Below are positions 61,449 to 64,000 of a DNA stretch of 64,000 bases, piece after piece. Below the pieces are notes generated by a model. The model ran no database searches and was not told the origin of the DNA. It was given only the letters and a program-made list of their open reading frames with translations. The stretch lies in assembly GCF_009914755.1 (NCBI RefSeq), contig NC_060938.1; one strand, written 5' to 3'. Origin of the DNA: the human T2T-CHM13v2.0 reference genome, Homo sapiens. Position 1 is the first letter of the stretch, and each line of letters opens with the position of its first letter. Made by a program: the position numbers and the translations under genes.

Positions 61449-62673
61449 CTGTAAAAAAGTCTCTTTTGTATCATTTGGGACTCAGAAGTCACAATGGCCA
61501 TGGTCCTTCCTGATGACCTCATGCTTGCAACAGTCACAGAAAGGAGACAACTTGATTATTTCCTGGATTTTCATCTCCTGAAGATCAAAAAAGCAGCCCT
61601 TGTAAGAGACAGCAATTAATAGCGAACAAGGGTGACGTTTTTTGAACATAGAGTGAAAATGCTAACATTATTGATAAGCCTAATCAGAAATTGCTGGACA
61701 CAAACACAAAGCCTGATGACACTCAGATAGTTTCAGTCTGATTTATTTATCTCATGTAATGCCTCCCATGCCAGGCAAAGCCAGTCCAGGATTGTATGCA
61801 ATGTCAAAAACTGATAGTGTAATGAATCTGAGTACAAACTCCTTGAAAACAGAAGCCAAAGCATTTCTTTCTTAATTTTATGAATGGTATACAGCATCCA
61901 CAGTGTCCAAATATATAAAATAACAACATGGAGGTAACAAATAACTGGAAAATTGGGCTTTTTCTCTGGATGTTCTTAAATTAAGTCAATTCTCTGGACT
62001 GTTTCATTAAGAAAAAAATATGTCAAATATGTTCAAAATAGATCACTAGTACAGATGCAGCAAAGGCAAAAACAGTAGGATCTGTTGAATAAATTTGAAG
62101 TGTCCCAATAGGGATTTCACATTTTTAGGGGAAAGTAGAGACGATGAAATAGATATTGCAAATAACTGTCTTTTTTTAAATCTAAGCAATGGGGTGGGTG
62201 AGGACAGTATTTATTATCAAATGCCAAAACCATTCCTGCAAGGCTTGTTGGACAAGAATGTAGTCACACTGGAAGGAAGAAATGTTTCAAGGACAAACCT
62301 CCAAATCTTGTATCTCACTTACATTTCAATTACATAGCTTTTAGACTTGTGTGTACAGAGATCCCTCGACAAGTGGGCACTATCACTGCACCAAGGGCAA
62401 ATTTTACCCACAGTCAGTGTTAAGGAGACTGCCAATTACAGATCTTTCTCAAGTACCCTTCTGACCCCAGAGAAATTAGCAACGGAGCAGGGAGGTGCAG
62501 GATGAGGAGACCGATGACCCTACCAGCTTAGTAATGACACATATTGGAAGGAAAAACGATGAGGTTGCAGTATGAACAATGCAAAAAGTTTTTAAATAAA
62601 GGTTTTTAACGTTTAATATAAGGGAGCTAAAAAGCTTTGACGTTCAATTTCAGTTCAAAGTGATACTTATTGA

Positions 62674-62980
62674 CAGTACTGTCCAATAGAAATATAATGC
62701 AAGCCACATATGAAATTTAAATTTTCTGGAAGCCACATTAAAAATAAAAAAAGGTTAATTTTAATAGTACATTTTATTTAACCCAATATATCCAACTTAC
62801 AATTTCAACATGTAGTAAATAGAAAAACTTATTAATGAGATATTTTACTTTTTTTTTTTTACTAAGTCTTTGAACTTTAGCATATATTTCATCCTTGTAG
62901 CACATCTCAGTTTGGACTAGTCACATTTCAAGTGATCAGTGGCCATGCATAGCTAGTGGCTACTGTATTAGACATTATAG
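62674..62980. mobile_element. MER33-like hAT-Charlie MITE
   Basis: ctgtccaatagaaatataatgcaagccacata..tagtggctactgtattagaca terminal inverted repeats. Confidence 0.85.
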
Positions 62981-63000
62981 CTCTATAGGCACCCCAAGAA

Positions 63001-64000
63001 TATTCATTCATTCATTTGATTAATATATAAGAATCACCTACTCTGTTTCAGACACTCTGTAAGGCACTAAGCATATGTCAGTGAAAAGAATTACTACATC
63101 TTTGCTCTTATAGAGCTTGGAATTTGGCATCTTGGCAAAAACAAAGATATTAAGCAAACAATTATGTGAATGTTTATAATAAAGTGTGATAAAGGAAATA
63201 TACAAAGTGCTGCAACATATACTACTATATGCCTACCAGGAAGAGAGAAAGAGATCAAGAAGACATTCATGAAGGAAGGGACACCTAATCTGAGATTGGA
63301 AGGATGGGTAAAGATTTATCAAGCTTGGAGGCTGGGAGAGGGGTGGGATCAGGGAAATAAGTGGTCCAAGTAGCCTTTGAGTGGAGAGCAACCTGATGAG
63401 GATGAGGGACTGATAGAAAGCCCATGAGCTGACAGCATGATAGGTAAAGAGGAGAGTAGCAAAAAATGAGATTAAAGAGGTAGGCAGGAATCAGAGTTCA
63501 ACAAAGATTTGAGCTTTTATCAAAAGAGCAAATGGCCGCTTGAGGAGAATGTTAGAGGGAGGTTTGACATGATCAGATTGCATATTAAGAGGATAAATCT
63601 AGCTGCTGAATGGAAAATATATTTGAGGTTATACAGAGTAAATGTTTAGAGCCCAATTACAAGGCTACAGCAGCCCAGGGGAAAGATGGTGGTGGTTCAA
63701 CATATCTGGGAGATAGACTGAATAGGATGTGGACTCTATACCAATGACTCAGTAGGATGTGAGTAGTAAGAAAAGGAGTTGTCAAGAATGCCACTAGGTT
63801 TCTGATATCAGCCATAAGATAAATGGTGGGGCCATTTGATGAACTGGAGATAAAATAGAGGAGTAAGAAGAATATGAGTTCCATTTTGAACACGTTCATT
63901 TTGAGATATCTGCAATACATCCAAGAGGGAATGTCATTAAGACAGAGATGTGGCCCTGGAAGTCAGAAGAGAGGTTGGAGCTAAAATTTTAGCATTATCA
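63001..64000 (-). mobile_element. L2 LINE, runs off the window
   Basis: attcattcattcat 3' end, cacctactctg..cagacact, tgacatgatcagatt, gagttccattttgaac. Confidence 0.8.

Overview
AT-rich, CpG-depleted primate (human-like) genomic DNA, judged by Alu, L1PA, THE1, MST and MLT2A1 content. The locus cannot be named from sequence alone. Well over half of the window is transposon-derived: 8 Alus, three long primate L1s and an older L1MB packed into about 29-55 kb, a THE1 provirus, several solo ERVL/MaLR LTRs, L2/MIR relics and hAT MITEs. No intact protein-coding ORF is present; the longer ORFs in the track are L1, THE1 or Alu fragments or chance frames. The best non-repeat signal is a minus-strand promoter and first exon at about 4975-5300. 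It has a TATA-like box, a perfect MARE palindrome, a uORF and a strong-Kozak ATG-GCT-TG followed by GTGAGT. A possible in-frame 36-nt exon lies at 634-669, and candidate non-coding minus-strand exons lie at 19.8, 56.5 and 61.4 kb. I found no evidence of a wholly new biological system. The interesting points are an unnamed alternative promoter/N-terminus, possible TE-driven chimeric transcripts, and several unusual insertion or deletion junctions. Repeat subfamily names come from recalled consensus sequences and need RepeatMasker/Dfam confirmation.
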